Shown in pieces: positions 32,857-44,912 of a stretch of 64,000 nucleotides of DNA (its first letter is position 1; each line of letters starts with the position of its first letter). This DNA comes from Williopsis jadinii (lineage: Eukaryota). The stretch is taken from positions 2,728,001 to 2,792,000 of the forward strand of contig AP024664.1 in the NCBI GenBank assembly GCA_024346625.1, written 5' to 3'. The notes below the pieces were generated by a model, which saw only the letters and a program-made list of their open reading frames with translations, searched no databases and was not told where the DNA came from. Position numbers and translations under genes: made by a program.

Positions 32857-33822
32857 ATGACAATCCCGGAACCCTTGAGGGTCTTATTCGATACATTCCC
32901 GATAAGTCAGTTGCCATCGGTGGTTCAGCATACAGCACAGGAGAAAGTTGCATTGGAGAAGAGACAGTATCGCTATTCACAGAGGAGATCTGCTTCACCA
33001 TTGACCAAATTCACAGTATGCGTTCATAATGTGTATAAGGCCGACGATAACTCATACCTTGCAACCGATCCACTGTGTCTCACTGTTCAGCTGGCGATGT
33101 GCTTGAAGCTGGACGTCTCTATCCCCAAAGTCAACCATGACCATTTGGACAAATCTCGAGATTTGCTCTTTGTTGTTAACCACCATGCCTGCGAGCAATT
33201 ACCACTTTACCTGGAGGATGAGGATGGCTCGTCAAAGCATCAAGTGGTACGCGACTACAACTACTTACAGGACTCGCTGATCCAGTCGCTGGTGACGTCG
33301 AGCACTGAGCTCATGCTCATAACGCTTGTGGATTGTGTTTTATACGACTCGTGGGTAACAACGCTCCTGTTTGAAATGGACAGCAAACAGCTATGCTCGA
33401 TGTACATCCATGATATCACCGCAAACCACACGTTTGTGAACTCGTTGTCTGTCCCGCAGCTATCACACTCGTTGATCCATAGAAACGGGTTCAACTTGAG
33501 AAACCCACACATCACGAAGCTGTACGACTCCATATATACATGGAGAACAGATAAGTACGTATCGTTTGAGAAGGAGAGGAACTTACGAGAACTCCACCAC
33601 GCACTGGAGAACTTGGAGACCATTCTCTCAAAGAAGAACTCGGACTTTTTCCACATAAAGACATCTGACAAGGACAAATCCATTGGGCTCTTGGACGTCA
33701 AGCTGGCCAGCTATATCACACTCTGTGAACAATTCATGGAGGGCACTACCATGTACAACACATTGCTGGGCCATCATCTACTCAGAGAACACGCAAGGCA
33801 GGTGGTTAAGCAGTGCAGCTAG
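32857..33822 (+). CDS. SAM35: SAM complex subunit Sam35
   Basis: IPEPLRVLFDTFPI and VHNV..LATDPLCL motifs; upstream of STE12 as in S. cerevisiae. Confidence 0.85.
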   Translation: MTIPEPLRVLFDTFPISQLPSVVQHTAQEKVALEKRQYRYSQRRSASPLTKFTVCVHNVYKADDNSYLATDPLCLTVQLAMCLKLDVSIPKVNHDHLDKSRDLLFVVNHHACEQLPLYLEDEDGSSKHQVVRDYNYLQDSLIQSLVTSSTELMLITLVDCVLYDSWVTTLLFEMDSKQLCSMYIHDITANHTFVNSLSVPQLSHSLIHRNGFNLRNPHITKLYDSIYTWRTDKYVSFEKERNLRELHHALENLETILSKKNSDFFHIKTSDKDKSIGLLDVKLASYITLCEQFMEGTTMYNTLLGHHLLREHARQVVKQCS

Positions 33823-34116
33823 AAAAGAAAAGGCTGCCACACCACACTGTCATACACAACTTATAACATTCAATGTACATATACTATACAACACACACAT
33901 ATAGAATCCCCAATCACATGTATAACACTGGCATTTCCAAGCCCTCTGCCTCTGTATGTTGCTGTAATGGTTTGTTGTAGCCTCAAAAAGTGATGTTGCG
34001 CGTAACTTGCTGTTGCCCTCGGTTCTGAGACACGAGCACCACACGAGATTTGGCGTGGTCCCCCATACAATTGGGCGGTCGAGACGCGTAGTTGTATCAA
34101 CACACCTCCCTCGGAA

Positions 34117-34124
34117 TGTTTCAT
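34117..34124 (-). promoter_or_regulatory. Pheromone-response element upstream of STE12
   Basis: ATGAAACA on the minus strand ~130 bp before the STE12 ATG; consistent with autoregulation. Confidence 0.5.
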
Positions 34125-34249
34125 GTTGCATTGCCTGAAATGAAAACACATAACACACGGTTAAATTCCTACATCTTTATCCATTTTCCCCTTTTCCCAA
34201 CCTCTCCCATCATTTTTTTGTTATTGTTCATCAAAATCGTTGGAGAGCA

Positions 34250-36043
34250 ATGGAGTCCAGAGAGTCAATTGTTACCAGCAAGAAGGTAAGGGTTCCATTG
34301 ACGCGAGAACAGGTTGAAGAGAACATGAGGCTCATCGATGATCTCAAGTTCTTCCTGGCGACTGCACCGGCCAATTGGCAAGAGCACCAGATAATCAGGA
34401 GGTATTACTTGAACACGGAAGAGGGATTCGTGAGCTGTGTATACTGGAACAACCTGTACTTCATAACAGGAACTGATATAGTGAGGTGTGTTGTATACAG
34501 GTTCGAACAGTTTGGCCGGGAGATTGTAGATAGGAAGAAGTTTGAGGAAGGTGTGTTTTCAGATCTAAGGGCTCTCAAATGTGGTGAAGATGCAATATTG
34601 GAATCCTCAAAGTCCAATTTCTTGGAGTTTCTTTATAGAAATTCGTGCCTGAGAACTCAAAAGAAGCAAAAGGTGTTTTTCTGGTTTAGTGTTGAGCACG
34701 ATAAGTTATTCACTGATGCCTTAGAACGCGATTTGAAAAAGGAACAGCTTGACCAACCATCAACGACACGAGCTGTTAGCGAGCCCGCGTTGTCCTTCAA
34801 GTACGACTCATCGACACCACTGTTTGAACAGTTGACATCATTTGTGCAACATCAGAAGGTGGACACCAATGTTGGCAGCGTAGATCAAGATGTCGAGGAC
34901 AATCAGAGCATAACAAGTCCCTCTGAGGATGTTATCAAGGAGGAGCCTTTGGAGTTCACTCAAGACGATGAAGTTGGACATGTCTATCACATCAAGGAGG
35001 AAAATGGGGACCCGATCATCGACATGGAAGACGATTTCCCACTAGATTACTTCCCGCAAACCAACGAAGCTGATGCTCTATTCATAGACCCAAACGTATT
35101 TGTGCAAATACCAGAATCGTACAACAATCAATTCTTAATTGACCAGACTAATGCAAAGACACCCTTTGATAAAAGCACATTTGAGAACGAACCTATTGGG
35201 GAAACAGGGGAGGTTTCATTCGAAGAGGAAGTGGAACATTTGATGCAAGTGCCACCAATGTTTCAACCTCTGTACCAACAGCAGTTCAGTCCATACATAG
35301 GACCTGCGGGTCCAATGGTACCCATGTACCAAGGCACCATATCTGGGTCGCCACAGATATACTATTCACCTTACCATCACCATCATCACGAACAACAGCC
35401 TCAACAACAGCAGCCAGGGATGATCACTAATGGACAGTATTACGACTCCCTGATGAATGGAGAGATTCCACAAGACATGTACAATGATTATGATGGATAC
35501 TATGCACCCTTTGATCCAAATGAGACATATACCAGTGGTTATTCAATAACACCAAATTCATACGCTTTCCCTTACGGTGGTCAAGGCAGCCATGATGGCA
35601 TGTCACCATTTTCTCGTGTTTTCCCAGGGTTCCAAGCAATGGCGCCACCAGATTCTCCTCGTGGTGTCAAGGCTAGAAATGTCAAGTTTGCATCATCCAA
35701 TGCTAAGATCGTCAAACCGAGTAGGTTGAGACATTCTTCCAGAGTGAATAAAGCTCAAAGCCAACGACTTGAGAAGGAATCAATATCAAACCGTGAGGAT
35801 CACCAAGGTGAATGTGACGGTGATGTAATAGAGGGAGATGGATACAGGGATGGAGACGAGGATGATGAGCAAGACAATGATAGTGACAGTGTGAATAACG
35901 ATCTCTCTGATAGTAAAGGCGATGACCGAAGCGGAGTTGAAAACGAGGAAGCTAAAGAAAACGATGTGGACAGCGGGCTGGAAGAGTATACAACGTTACC
36001 AACACCTGAGAGTACGGTGCCTGAGCATCACACTTCTCTATAG
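34250..36043 (+). CDS. STE12: Transcription factor Ste12/Cph1
   Basis: STE domain LKFFLATAPANW..ITGTDIVR..KKFEEGVFSDLR..RTQKKQKVFFWFSV; DDFPLDYF motif. Confidence 0.96.
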   Translation: MESRESIVTSKKVRVPLTREQVEENMRLIDDLKFFLATAPANWQEHQIIRRYYLNTEEGFVSCVYWNNLYFITGTDIVRCVVYRFEQFGREIVDRKKFEEGVFSDLRALKCGEDAILESSKSNFLEFLYRNSCLRTQKKQKVFFWFSVEHDKLFTDALERDLKKEQLDQPSTTRAVSEPALSFKYDSSTPLFEQLTSFVQHQKVDTNVGSVDQDVEDNQSITSPSEDVIKEEPLEFTQDDEVGHVYHIKEENGDPIIDMEDDFPLDYFPQTNEADALFIDPNVFVQIPESYNNQFLIDQTNAKTPFDKSTFENEPIGETGEVSFEEEVEHLMQVPPMFQPLYQQQFSPYIGPAGPMVPMYQGTISGSPQIYYSPYHHHHHEQQPQQQQPGMITNGQYYDSLMNGEIPQDMYNDYDGYYAPFDPNETYTSGYSITPNSYAFPYGGQGSHDGMSPFSRVFPGFQAMAPPDSPRGVKARNVKFASSNAKIVKPSRLRHSSRVNKAQSQRLEKESISNREDHQGECDGDVIEGDGYRDGDEDDEQDNDSDSVNNDLSDSKGDDRSGVENEEAKENDVDSGLEEYTTLPTPESTVPEHHTSL

Positions 36044-37294
36044 AACAATGCATATAAACCTCGGTTTCCTATCAGACTGCGTTGTTTGTTTATTTGTAGG
36101 ATGCTCCATGTAAACCGTTTCCACAGAAACACAAGCCTAAAGAAAGCTTACCTGGGAAATCCCACAGCCCCGGAAATTCGTGGGTAAAAAGGAGTGTTCC
36201 CCATCCAAAAATCCAGCTCCGGCCAGCTAAACTTATCGACACCGACAAATGCCGGGAAAATTGGAATATTTTATAGAGTTCGGTAGGGTTACACCTTCCT
36301 ACAACTTACTTGGTAAGAACACAGCATGAGCTATGCTGTGTTGTGTTCACTGCTACCCCGGTATTCCACAGCGGGGGTATTGGCTCCCATGTCACTCAGC
36401 GATTGGGCATTGGGTTGTTACTGCTCTCGTCACAACCATGGGGAGACCCTCTGGTCGAACACCGCATCAATTACGCCATCAGTTGTTAGCATTTTTCGTG
36501 AAAATTCCACTTGCGTGTTGCTTTCTCTAACAAGAGGCTAAAACGTACCAAAAAAAAAAATGGGCACCATCTGAGGCCACTATGCGCAGAGACATCACCT
36601 GGATGTGTCCAACAGTTCATCCTGTTGAAGTCTGCATTGAATCAGATGGATAGCTCAATTACAAGGACTATCGAATCACGGGACAAGCGTCAATTGAGAG
36701 GTCCATGGTAAAGAGATACTGCGTAGGCTTCACATCACCCATCTCTTGTAGCCCCTGAAGATATCGTAGGACTGCGACTGCTGTTTATATCGTGGTGCAA
36801 CATTACCTGCACCACCCTGATGATGTGTCAATTTCTCTGCCTCTGGCAATCCCATGCTGAAGCAACTCCGAGCAACTTTCGGAACTCCCGAGCTATACAA
36901 GATCTTTATCAACTGGTTTACCTATCCGAAGTAGCCCTACAGTATCCCAATTACCTCATTACACGCCATACAAAGTTAGTAGGCCCATGCAGACACCATG
37001 CCTGTTCCAATTGGTTTCTCATGGTATCTTCTGATCCCCCTGTGCCAGCTCATTTCCTGCTGTGCCAGCGCGCCATGCGAACTTTGTTTATCCCCCCATA
37101 TGACCTCCGGCCCAGCTGTGTCCACCACGCGCTTTCACGATTCGACATGCTCGGAGGTTGTGCTGCGCAAAATATAAAAACCCATGGGGATGGCCTTTCC
37201 AATGAGAATGATTTTAGCCCCTTTTAACTCCATCAATCAAAACTTTACAAGTTTTAATTATAATTAATCACAATTCAATTCAATTCAAACAATA

Positions 37295-38377
37295 ATGGGT
37301 GTCCAAGACGTTCTTAAGAGAAAGACCGGTGTCATCGTCGGTGACGATGTCAAGGCTCTCTTTGACTATGCCCAGGAGAAGGGTTTCGCCATTCCATCGA
37401 TCAACGTTACCTCTTCATCCACCGTTGTTGCTGCTTTGGAGGCTGCTAGAGACAACAACTCTCCAATCATCTTGCAAACTTCCCAAGGTGGTGCTGCTTA
37501 CTTTGCCGGTAAGGGTGTCAAGAACACCAACCAAGAGGCTTCAATTGCCGGTGCCATTGCCGCTGCTCACTACATCAGATCTATTGCCCCAGCTTATGGT
37601 ATTCCAGTTGTTCTTCATACTGACCACTGTGCTAAGAAGTTGTTGCCATGGTTCGATGGTATGCTTGCTGCTGATGAGGAGCACTTTGCTAAGTACGGTG
37701 AGCCTCTGTTCTCTTCCCACATGTTGGATTTGTCTGAGGAGACTGACGATGAGAACATTGCCACTTGTGTGAAGTACTTCACCAGAATGGCCAAGTTGGG
37801 CCAATGGCTTGAGATGGAGATTGGTATCACTGGTGGTGAAGAGGATGGTGTCAACAACGAGCACGTTGAGAAGGATGCCCTTTACACTTCCCCAGAGACC
37901 GTGTTTGCCGTCCACAAGGCCCTTGCTGCCATTGATCCAAAGTTCTCCATTGCTGCTGCCTTTGGTAACGTTCACGGTGTCTACAAGCCAGGTAACGTTC
38001 AATTGAAGCCATCCATCTTGGGTGACCACCAAGCCTACGCCAAGAAGGAGTTGAGCTCCAAGAAGAACCACCCATTGTACTTGGTGTTCCACGGTGGTTC
38101 CGGTTCCACCCAAGAGGAGTTTGACACTGCCATCAAGAACGGTGTTGTCAAGGTGAACTTGGATACCGACTGTCAATACGCTTACCTCACAGGTATCAGA
38201 GACTACGTCCTGAACAAGAAGGACTACCTCATGTCCCAGGTTGGTAACCCAGAGGGTGATGACAAGCCAAACAAGAAGTACTTTGACCCAAGAGTGTGGG
38301 TCAGAGAAGGTGAAAAGACCATGTCTGCTAGAATCACAGAGGCTTTGAACATCTTCCACACCAAGGGTCAATTGTAA
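37295..38377 (+). CDS. FBA1: Fructose-bisphosphate aldolase class II
   Basis: HTDHCAKK, SSHMLDLSEE, FGNVHGVY, FHGGSGS; strong codon bias; TATAAAA at 37173. Confidence 0.98.
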   Translation: MGVQDVLKRKTGVIVGDDVKALFDYAQEKGFAIPSINVTSSSTVVAALEAARDNNSPIILQTSQGGAAYFAGKGVKNTNQEASIAGAIAAAHYIRSIAPAYGIPVVLHTDHCAKKLLPWFDGMLAADEEHFAKYGEPLFSSHMLDLSEETDDENIATCVKYFTRMAKLGQWLEMEIGITGGEEDGVNNEHVEKDALYTSPETVFAVHKALAAIDPKFSIAAAFGNVHGVYKPGNVQLKPSILGDHQAYAKKELSSKKNHPLYLVFHGGSGSTQEEFDTAIKNGVVKVNLDTDCQYAYLTGIRDYVLNKKDYLMSQVGNPEGDDKPNKKYFDPRVWVREGEKTMSARITEALNIFHTKGQL

Positions 38378-39106
38378 GCTGATCCAGAGACGATCTCTCT
38401 AGTACATACGAATCTTTATAACTAGTTATACGACAATCTTTGTTTCCTGTTTTGTTATCACCACCATAGCAAAAGTCCGTAGTTTAGCAGAGCAGCACCA
38501 CACAACTCCATCATCGAACGATTACCCAATTAGGCACTAATGACGCTTTCAGCCGTTACCCTGTCTTCTCCCCAAACATCCGAGCATCGTGCTGCGCCTA
38601 TCGTTTAGGCGACGTGTTTTCTCTTTTCTTTTTTTTCCCAAGTCGTCGACGACGTTTTTCCAATTCGGTGCGAAATTGAAGGGCAAAAAAAAGGCTTTCC
38701 AACGTTGTGGAAAATGAACGAATTTCCATCCCCAATTCTACAAAACAAAACAAACAAATAAGGCTTTTCCTTGGTTGTATTATCATCACAAAGTAACTAA
38801 AACAGCTGAAAGAATCCGGCGTACTTGGTCCACATCGCAAGAGTTTGATAAGTTTCTGTTTATTGGAAGAAATCAGATTCACCCCTTTTTCCTATTTGAT
38901 CAGTGTTCTCTTTCAGGTTTCCTCTTTTTGCAAGCTTTTCCGAAAGAATCCTTCAACAAGGCAAAGGCTATATTTTTGGTGAAGAGAGTGAAACGGTATA
39001 CAGAGAAGTGGGTTGAATTCAGAACGTTTGAACAGATCTGTTACATCCCGAGATATACAAAGACACAAAGCGCATACGAACACACACATACATACAATAC
39101 GGACAG

Positions 39107-41023
39107 ATGTCAGAGTCACAGCCACAGAAGAGTTATAACAGAAGACCCAAGGGCGGCAACTCCAAGAGCGGCTCGAAGAAGTCGAGCGGTGGAGGAAACG
39201 GCGAAGAGTTCAAGCAGAAACTCAACACGTTGAAGGAGCTCTTTGAAGAGTGGTCAGATGCTGACTTGACTGATTTGATCAATGAGTACGACGAACTAGA
39301 GATCATCATTGAGAAGATCACCACAGGTGCAGTCCAGAAGTGGGACGAGGTTAAGAAGCCAAATAAGAAGGAGAAACAATTACAACAGCAACAGCAGAGG
39401 GAGCAGGAGATCCAACAACAGAGAGAAGCTGCTGCTCTTGCAAGAAGACAGAACAGGGCCACCAGACCTCAAAAGAAGGTTGGTGCTTCTCAAGGCAAGC
39501 AAAGTAAGCCAACCACAAGTGCACCAGCAGCATCCAGTGGTCCAACTACACAAGCATCTGGTTCGTCATGGGCTTCTATTGCAGGTTCTGAAAAGTCCAA
39601 ACCTCCAGCCACATCCACCACTGAAGAGGCTGCTGCTGATGCAACCGCCCCAGTGACTACCACATCACCAGAATCTAGAGAGGCTAAGTCCGTTGAGTCA
39701 CCAGCTCCAGTGCCAGAAACAAAGACCGAAGGGGACGAAGCACCAGCGCCAAAGAAGGTTCCATCAAATCCTGCTACTTCAAACCGTTCATGGGCCTCTA
39801 TCGCCACACCACCACCTCCAAAACCACAGAAGAAGAAGACCGAGCCAAAGCCAAAACCTGCTTCCCAGTCTGCTCCAGTTGTACAGGAAACCCCTATTGA
39901 AGAGTCCGTCACCGAAGCTTTGGAAGAGGTTACCATCACAGAACCACAGTCAGTTACAGTTGAGACCGTGGAGACCGTGGACACCACAACTACTGTCGAA
40001 GTTGAAGCTCCAGTTGCCGAAGCCGATGCTACTGCTTCAGCTCCAGCTTCTGTCCCAGTTGCGGAGGAGAAACCAAAGAGAAAGTTGAAACAAGATGTCC
40101 CAGTGGTCCTTCCAAATGCTTCATCGGTTGGCACTGTTGAAGGTATTTCATTCGGTTCTTCTTTGTTGGATGAGGAGAAGCAAACTGCTCAACCTGCTCA
40201 ACAACAGCAATCACAACAACCACAGCAGCCACAGCAGCCACAGCAGCCACAACAACCACAACAACCACAACAGCAGCAACAACGTCAGTACAACGGTTAC
40301 CAACAACAACCACAACAACAAGGTCGTCAATCTAACCAGTTTGCTGGTTACTACGCCCAAGGTTACCCTCAACAAGCCCAGGGTTACCCACAGCAGGCCC
40401 AAGGTCTTGCTAAAGGTTACGAACAATCTTATGGATTTCAACCAGCTTATGGTTACCAAGATTTCTCTGCTTATGGTGCCGCTCAACAACAAATTCCACA
40501 GCAACCACAACAGTTCCAACAATCTCCATTTGGCGCCGTTGCACAGGTTGCTGCTCAAGGTTATCCAGGAAGCTCTGAATTATCCAATGCTTCTCCAGCT
40601 AATGCTAATGTCCAGCCAAACTTACAAAACCAACAGTTCAACCCATACTATGCTCAGTACATGTACAACCCAGCTGCTATGTACGGTAACTTCTATGGTG
40701 GTATGCCAGCTGCTTACGGTCAAAAGGGTTACGGCTATCCACAGCAGACCCAATCTGCTCCTCAATCACAACAAGGTGCTGGTGCTAACGGTGTGAGTGT
40801 GCCATCGACTGTGGCCTCCCAAACTGAAGATGCTTCAGTTGCTGCTCAAAGCCAAGGCCAAGTTCAAGGTCAAGCACAGACTCAAGGTCAAGGTCAAGGT
40901 CAAGTCCAAGGTCAACAACAGATCCCAGGTCAACAAGCTCAGCCAAACTACTTCCAAAACCAGTACGCTGCCTATGCTAACTACGGCTATGACCAACAAC
41001 AGTACAGAAACTGGGGTGCTTAA
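39107..41023 (+). CDS. DEF1: RNA polymerase II degradation factor Def1
   Basis: N-terminal CUE-like [37 protein letters not shown] repeats, Q-rich C-terminus. Confidence 0.9.
   Translation: MSESQPQKSYNRRPKGGNSKSGSKKSSGGGNGEEFKQKLNTLKELFEEWSDADLTDLINEYDELEIIIEKITTGAVQKWDEVKKPNKKEKQLQQQQQREQEIQQQREAAALARRQNRATRPQKKVGASQGKQSKPTTSAPAASSGPTTQASGSSWASIAGSEKSKPPATSTTEEAAADATAPVTTTSPESREAKSVESPAPVPETKTEGDEAPAPKKVPSNPATSNRSWASIATPPPPKPQKKKTEPKPKPASQSAPVVQETPIEESVTEALEEVTITEPQSVTVETVETVDTTTTVEVEAPVAEADATASAPASVPVAEEKPKRKLKQDVPVVLPNASSVGTVEGISFGSSLLDEEKQTAQPAQQQQSQQPQQPQQPQQPQQPQQPQQQQQRQYNGYQQQPQQQGRQSNQFAGYYAQGYPQQAQGYPQQAQGLAKGYEQSYGFQPAYGYQDFSAYGAAQQQIPQQPQQFQQSPFGAVAQVAAQGYPGSSELSNASPANANVQPNLQNQQFNPYYAQYMYNPAAMYGNFYGGMPAAYGQKGYGYPQQTQSAPQSQQGAGANGVSVPSTVASQTEDASVAAQSQGQVQGQAQTQGQGQGQVQGQQQIPGQQAQPNYFQNQYAAYANYGYDQQQYRNWGA
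40189..40320 (+). repeat. Coding (QQP)n/polyQ repeat in DEF1
   Basis: Tandem CCACAGCAG / CCACAACAA 9-mers. Confidence 0.85.
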
Positions 41024-41146
41024 AGTTTACGACTTAAAGAAGTGAATCTACTGTTTTATACGTGCCAATTCGTTTAGTAACCTTTAGGCCCTATGAAATG
41101 GACTCAAAAAGAAACGTGTCTCATGAATTCACTCTTGTAGATTGGT

Positions 41147-42169
41147 TTATGTAGTTGCTGCCAATGGCTTAACTGGAAATTCTAACTTTTCCTTGTCACT
41201 TTTCAAATCATATTCACTTGAGCCAACTGCTGACCCAAAAAGTCCAAACCTTGAACACATACGCTGTCTAACTTTATCAGTCACCTCTATAAGTGCAGGA
41301 TAATATACCTCGTGATCATACTCAAATTGTAGCCTTCCATTGTATTCACTGTCCAGCTCGTCATCGTCCACAACAGTATTAAAATCAGTATCGAAAACCA
41401 GTTTTTCCTTTGTAACTGGATCCAAGAACGGCGTGATCAGCTTCAAGAAAGTCAGCGCAACAAAGGGCAAGTTGATAAAGAGTGCTTTGCCCAACCTTTC
41501 TGGGTAATGCGATTGTAAGATGTGAAGCACCTGTTTTGCTAAATGAATTGAGGGAATCTTGGAGGTCTCACCTTCAACTTTATGGGATTTAAAATCAATC
41601 AAGAGACAGAGGTTCTCCTCGCCTTGTGGCATCAAATCTATTGTTCTCTCGAGGAACCACACTGTGGACTGAACCTGTTTGATGGATGCCTTTGTATTCT
41701 GGCGACCAGGCTTGAAGTACAACAGTGGTCTTGAACTCTTATCAAATCCAAGAACAACCTGCTTACCAGTTTTGTTCTCGTGACTTATCGACTCTGCCGT
41801 GAAAACCTCGTGATCCCCTGACAAACCAAACTCTCGTCTCCAAGCCAGTGTGTATTCCAATCTTTCAATGGCCTTTTCAGGATCACCCTTTGTGGCCCTG
41901 AGATATCTCAAGATGCATTCTCTTGTGAGCCAGAACTTTTCATTGGTGGTTAGCGGCTTTTTTCCACCGCTTTGGCCATCTTCAGTGACATTGATTTCCA
42001 AGCTAGAATCTTGGAAATGAGCCAAGATCTCGTCGTACTTGACCTGGTCTTCAGGCCCAATTTCTTTTGGTCCCTGGTGCTCGATAGACGCAGGGCATTC
42101 AAACGGCTTTGATACCGTGATGAGATCGTCCCTTTTAGTCACAGGAGTGTTCTTCTTGAAGAAATTCAT
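41147..42169 (-). CDS. PDR17: Sec14-family CRAL-TRIO phosphatidylinositol transfer protein (Pdr16/Pdr17)
   Basis: WLTRECILRYLRATK, GRQNT, HYPERLGK; residues are a mix of Pdr16-like and Pdr17-like, and proximity to POL2/YIF1 favours PDR17; first ATG at 42169. Confidence 0.7.
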   Translation of the reverse strand: MNFFKKNTPVTKRDDLITVSKPFECPASIEHQGPKEIGPEDQVKYDEILAHFQDSSLEINVTEDGQSGGKKPLTTNEKFWLTRECILRYLRATKGDPEKAIERLEYTLAWRREFGLSGDHEVFTAESISHENKTGKQVVLGFDKSSRPLLYFKPGRQNTKASIKQVQSTVWFLERTIDLMPQGEENLCLLIDFKSHKVEGETSKIPSIHLAKQVLHILQSHYPERLGKALFINLPFVALTFLKLITPFLDPVTKEKLVFDTDFNTVVDDDELDSEYNGRLQFEYDHEVYYPALIEVTDKVRQRMCSRFGLFGSAVGSSEYDLKSDKEKLEFPVKPLAATT

Positions 42170-42379
42170 TGCCAAATGCTTCGTACTAGTGAATGAATAT
42201 GTTTAAAGTTAGTTTAGCAAAGATCAACGGGTAACATTCGCCTTCTTTTTGGGAGAGATATGAAGTGATCTGGAAGGAAGAAGAGCTGGAAGCGATAAAT
42301 AAGACTCTAGATCGAGACACATGGGTAATTGGACAACAAGTAGTGTGTAGAACAGTGGATATTTCCTGTCAAGAAATAT

Positions 42380-42452
42380 GCGGTTTTAGCTCAGTCGGGA
42401 GAGCGCATGACTGAAGATCATGAGGTCCTGTGTTCAATCCACAGAAATCGCA
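42380..42452 (+). tRNA. tRNA-Phe (anticodon GAA), intronless
   Basis: GCGGTTT/AAATCGC acceptor, TAGCTCAG A box, CATGA-CTGAAGA-TCATG anticodon arm, GTTCAATCC, followed by a T run. Confidence 0.97.
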
Positions 42453-42619
42453 TTTTTTTTTCAAACCGTTTTCGAGATTTAAAAAGTTGCGCGTTCGATT
42501 CCCCGACGTAGTGTTATTGGCATACCGCTTGACGCTGTCATAAGTGCAAAGAAAGCTTTGACAAAATCACACACTGTGATATCAATTCAGATCAGCTGAC
42601 GTTAAACACAAGGAACAAG

Positions 42620-44662
42620 ATGACAGAAGATGTTACTGACAAGTTATCACAACTCAATATTGATGACAAAGTTTTAGGCAGTGATGGATCATTGATTCAG
42701 AGACTGTACAATGGTGCAAACGTTGATGATCCATTGGACGTATTCAACTCTGCATCACACGAAGAACTTGATCAGCTCGTGAAGAAATTCCCAGCAAGAA
42801 CGTTAGAGTTATTTTCTGACAATTCGTTGCCACCGAAACTGCTCATTACTTCAATTAATACTGAGACGTCATTGTCGTATTTGAAGTTATTGACGTCGTT
42901 GATCAAGAGGAATGACGGGAACGACGTTGACTATTATTTGAAGCTCGTGTCATCACTCGTCAACGAATTTGAATACCAGGTGAAAGACTTGAACCCCATC
43001 ATCAGCGTCATAGTGCCAAACTTCTCCAGCTCTGATCTTGTTCAAGTTATACTTGTGAAGTTATACGCAGTGTATAAGGAACAGATCATCCCACCTCTCA
43101 AGGATTCGGTAGAGCTGCTTTCTGTGAATGGTGAAGTTATAACATGTTGTCAACTGTTAGTTCTTTTATTTCAGTTGAATGCCAAGTCTGCTGTGGATAT
43201 TTTCCAGCTTGATAGTGTTCAGCTCATGTTGTATGATGCTGGTTCAAGTCACTCTACCAAGATAATTGAGAACGGATTGAATTTGCTATCCACGGCGTGT
43301 GTTGATGAACCTACAAGAAATGCAATCTTTAGCAAATACTTGGATCAACTTATACAAGGAACGAATCAAACCGATATCAATATAAAGACACTGGCTGCTT
43401 TGGTGATTGTGAAAACTTGGAATTTCCAGGCTTTAGACACCAATCAGAAGATATCGTTAGAGGATTTGACAAATATATTCATTGTGAATTTAAACTCTCA
43501 TTCCATTGAAGGATTAGCGTATCTTTCCATGAAGAAATCCATAAGGTCTCACTTACGTAAAGATGGTGAATTTGTTATTGAACTGGTTCAAAAGTTGGAA
43601 ACACCGGGGAGTGACCTTTATGGTATTCTGTTAATTATCGGGAACTTGACCACTCTGGAAGAAGAAGAAGAAACATCCCAGTTGAAAAGACATGCACAGA
43701 AGGGACTTGATGAAGAGATTGAGGAGTCTCAAGATGATATATTTGAATTCATGGATGATTTAATGGAACTCTCTATCGTTTCAAAGTTCTGTTCTCATTC
43801 AAAGATTTCTAAGCAATGTATGGAACAAGGGATGAAGATTTTCTACAACTTGTCGAAGAACAAGGCAAATCACGAACAATTGGTTAAACAGGGTGCACTA
43901 ATTAGAATCATGGAGTTCATTGGAAGGGAAACCGAGGTTACAGATTACAAACTGATGGCTTTCAAAGCGTTGAGTATGATCCTGACAACATCGGATCCTC
44001 ATTTAGTGTTTGGTCCAAATGCCTCTCTGAAAACAGCTGTGAATTACCTGTTCCAATTCCTAGCGATGGATAACATCTCTCTGAGGGACCAGTTCCAAAT
44101 ATTGCTATCCTTAACGAATCTCAGCGTCATTGATCATGGTCCATTGACGAGTGAACAGTGGGACGAGCTGGACGACGAGCTCGTACAGACAGACCATCCA
44201 ATGGTTAAGACATCCATTCTCGAGCTGATATCCAATCTCATGCAACACAGGTCCAATCTGCCTGCATTGTTCAACTGGGCAAACCCGAAGAACAAAAAAC
44301 GGTATGACCTCATTGTGAAGATGACCAGATTGCCAGACGTGAAAGCCCAATGCTCTGCGATAAGCTCTCTATCGTTCGGCGTAACCTTTCAGCTCATAGG
44401 CGAGGAACTGCTCAAGGACAAGCCCCTGAGGGATAACCTTCTTCAGGTATTGAACGAGCAGCCTAAGGAGAGAGAATTGGTCGAGAGAGCCGCTTTCGTC
44501 TTTTACTACTTGCTGTTCTACGCAGACGTTACCGAGAACAAGACCATCTTCACCGATAAGAAGACTATTATCGACACACTCGACAGGGCAATTGGTGCTT
44601 GTCACAACGAAGAAGCTCTTGAAATGCTCAAAGAGTGTAAGTCACTCGTATCAAATCTATAA
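42620..44662 (+). CDS. SHE4: UCS-domain myosin chaperone She4
   Basis: LLSTACVDE, SIEGLAYLSMK, LVKQGA, LLSLTNL, LELISNLM; adjacent to AKR as in S. cerevisiae. Confidence 0.85.
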   Translation: MTEDVTDKLSQLNIDDKVLGSDGSLIQRLYNGANVDDPLDVFNSASHEELDQLVKKFPARTLELFSDNSLPPKLLITSINTETSLSYLKLLTSLIKRNDGNDVDYYLKLVSSLVNEFEYQVKDLNPIISVIVPNFSSSDLVQVILVKLYAVYKEQIIPPLKDSVELLSVNGEVITCCQLLVLLFQLNAKSAVDIFQLDSVQLMLYDAGSSHSTKIIENGLNLLSTACVDEPTRNAIFSKYLDQLIQGTNQTDINIKTLAALVIVKTWNFQALDTNQKISLEDLTNIFIVNLNSHSIEGLAYLSMKKSIRSHLRKDGEFVIELVQKLETPGSDLYGILLIIGNLTTLEEEEETSQLKRHAQKGLDEEIEESQDDIFEFMDDLMELSIVSKFCSHSKISKQCMEQGMKIFYNLSKNKANHEQLVKQGALIRIMEFIGRETEVTDYKLMAFKALSMILTTSDPHLVFGPNASLKTAVNYLFQFLAMDNISLRDQFQILLSLTNLSVIDHGPLTSEQWDELDDELVQTDHPMVKTSILELISNLMQHRSNLPALFNWANPKNKKRYDLIVKMTRLPDVKAQCSAISSLSFGVTFQLIGEELLKDKPLRDNLLQVLNEQPKERELVERAAFVFYYLLFYADVTENKTIFTDKKTIIDTLDRAIGACHNEEALEMLKECKSLVSNL

Positions 44663-44912
44663 AGTAAACAATGACGTCATTCTTATTTTTCTCAAATTCA
44701 CACTAAAATATTCGCGGTACAAAAAGCGTAGTGCCCTTGCCACACAGCCCTGTGGCGGTGATGGTGATGATGATGATATTGTTGTTGTTTACACTCATAT
44801 CTGGCGTTAACACCCACGTCGCAAGGGTATAAACATTCAAAGCCACTAGTTGGAAGGTATTAATCATCGGAGTGTATCTTCTCCCCCCAATAACGGATTA
44901 GGTAGCGATTCG

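Noticed and set aside
37541..38371. 276-aa antisense ORF over FBA1 (and similar shadow ORFs over DEF1, the MFS gene, POL2)
   Set aside because: Expected by-product of codon bias or low complexity on the coding strand; no family features
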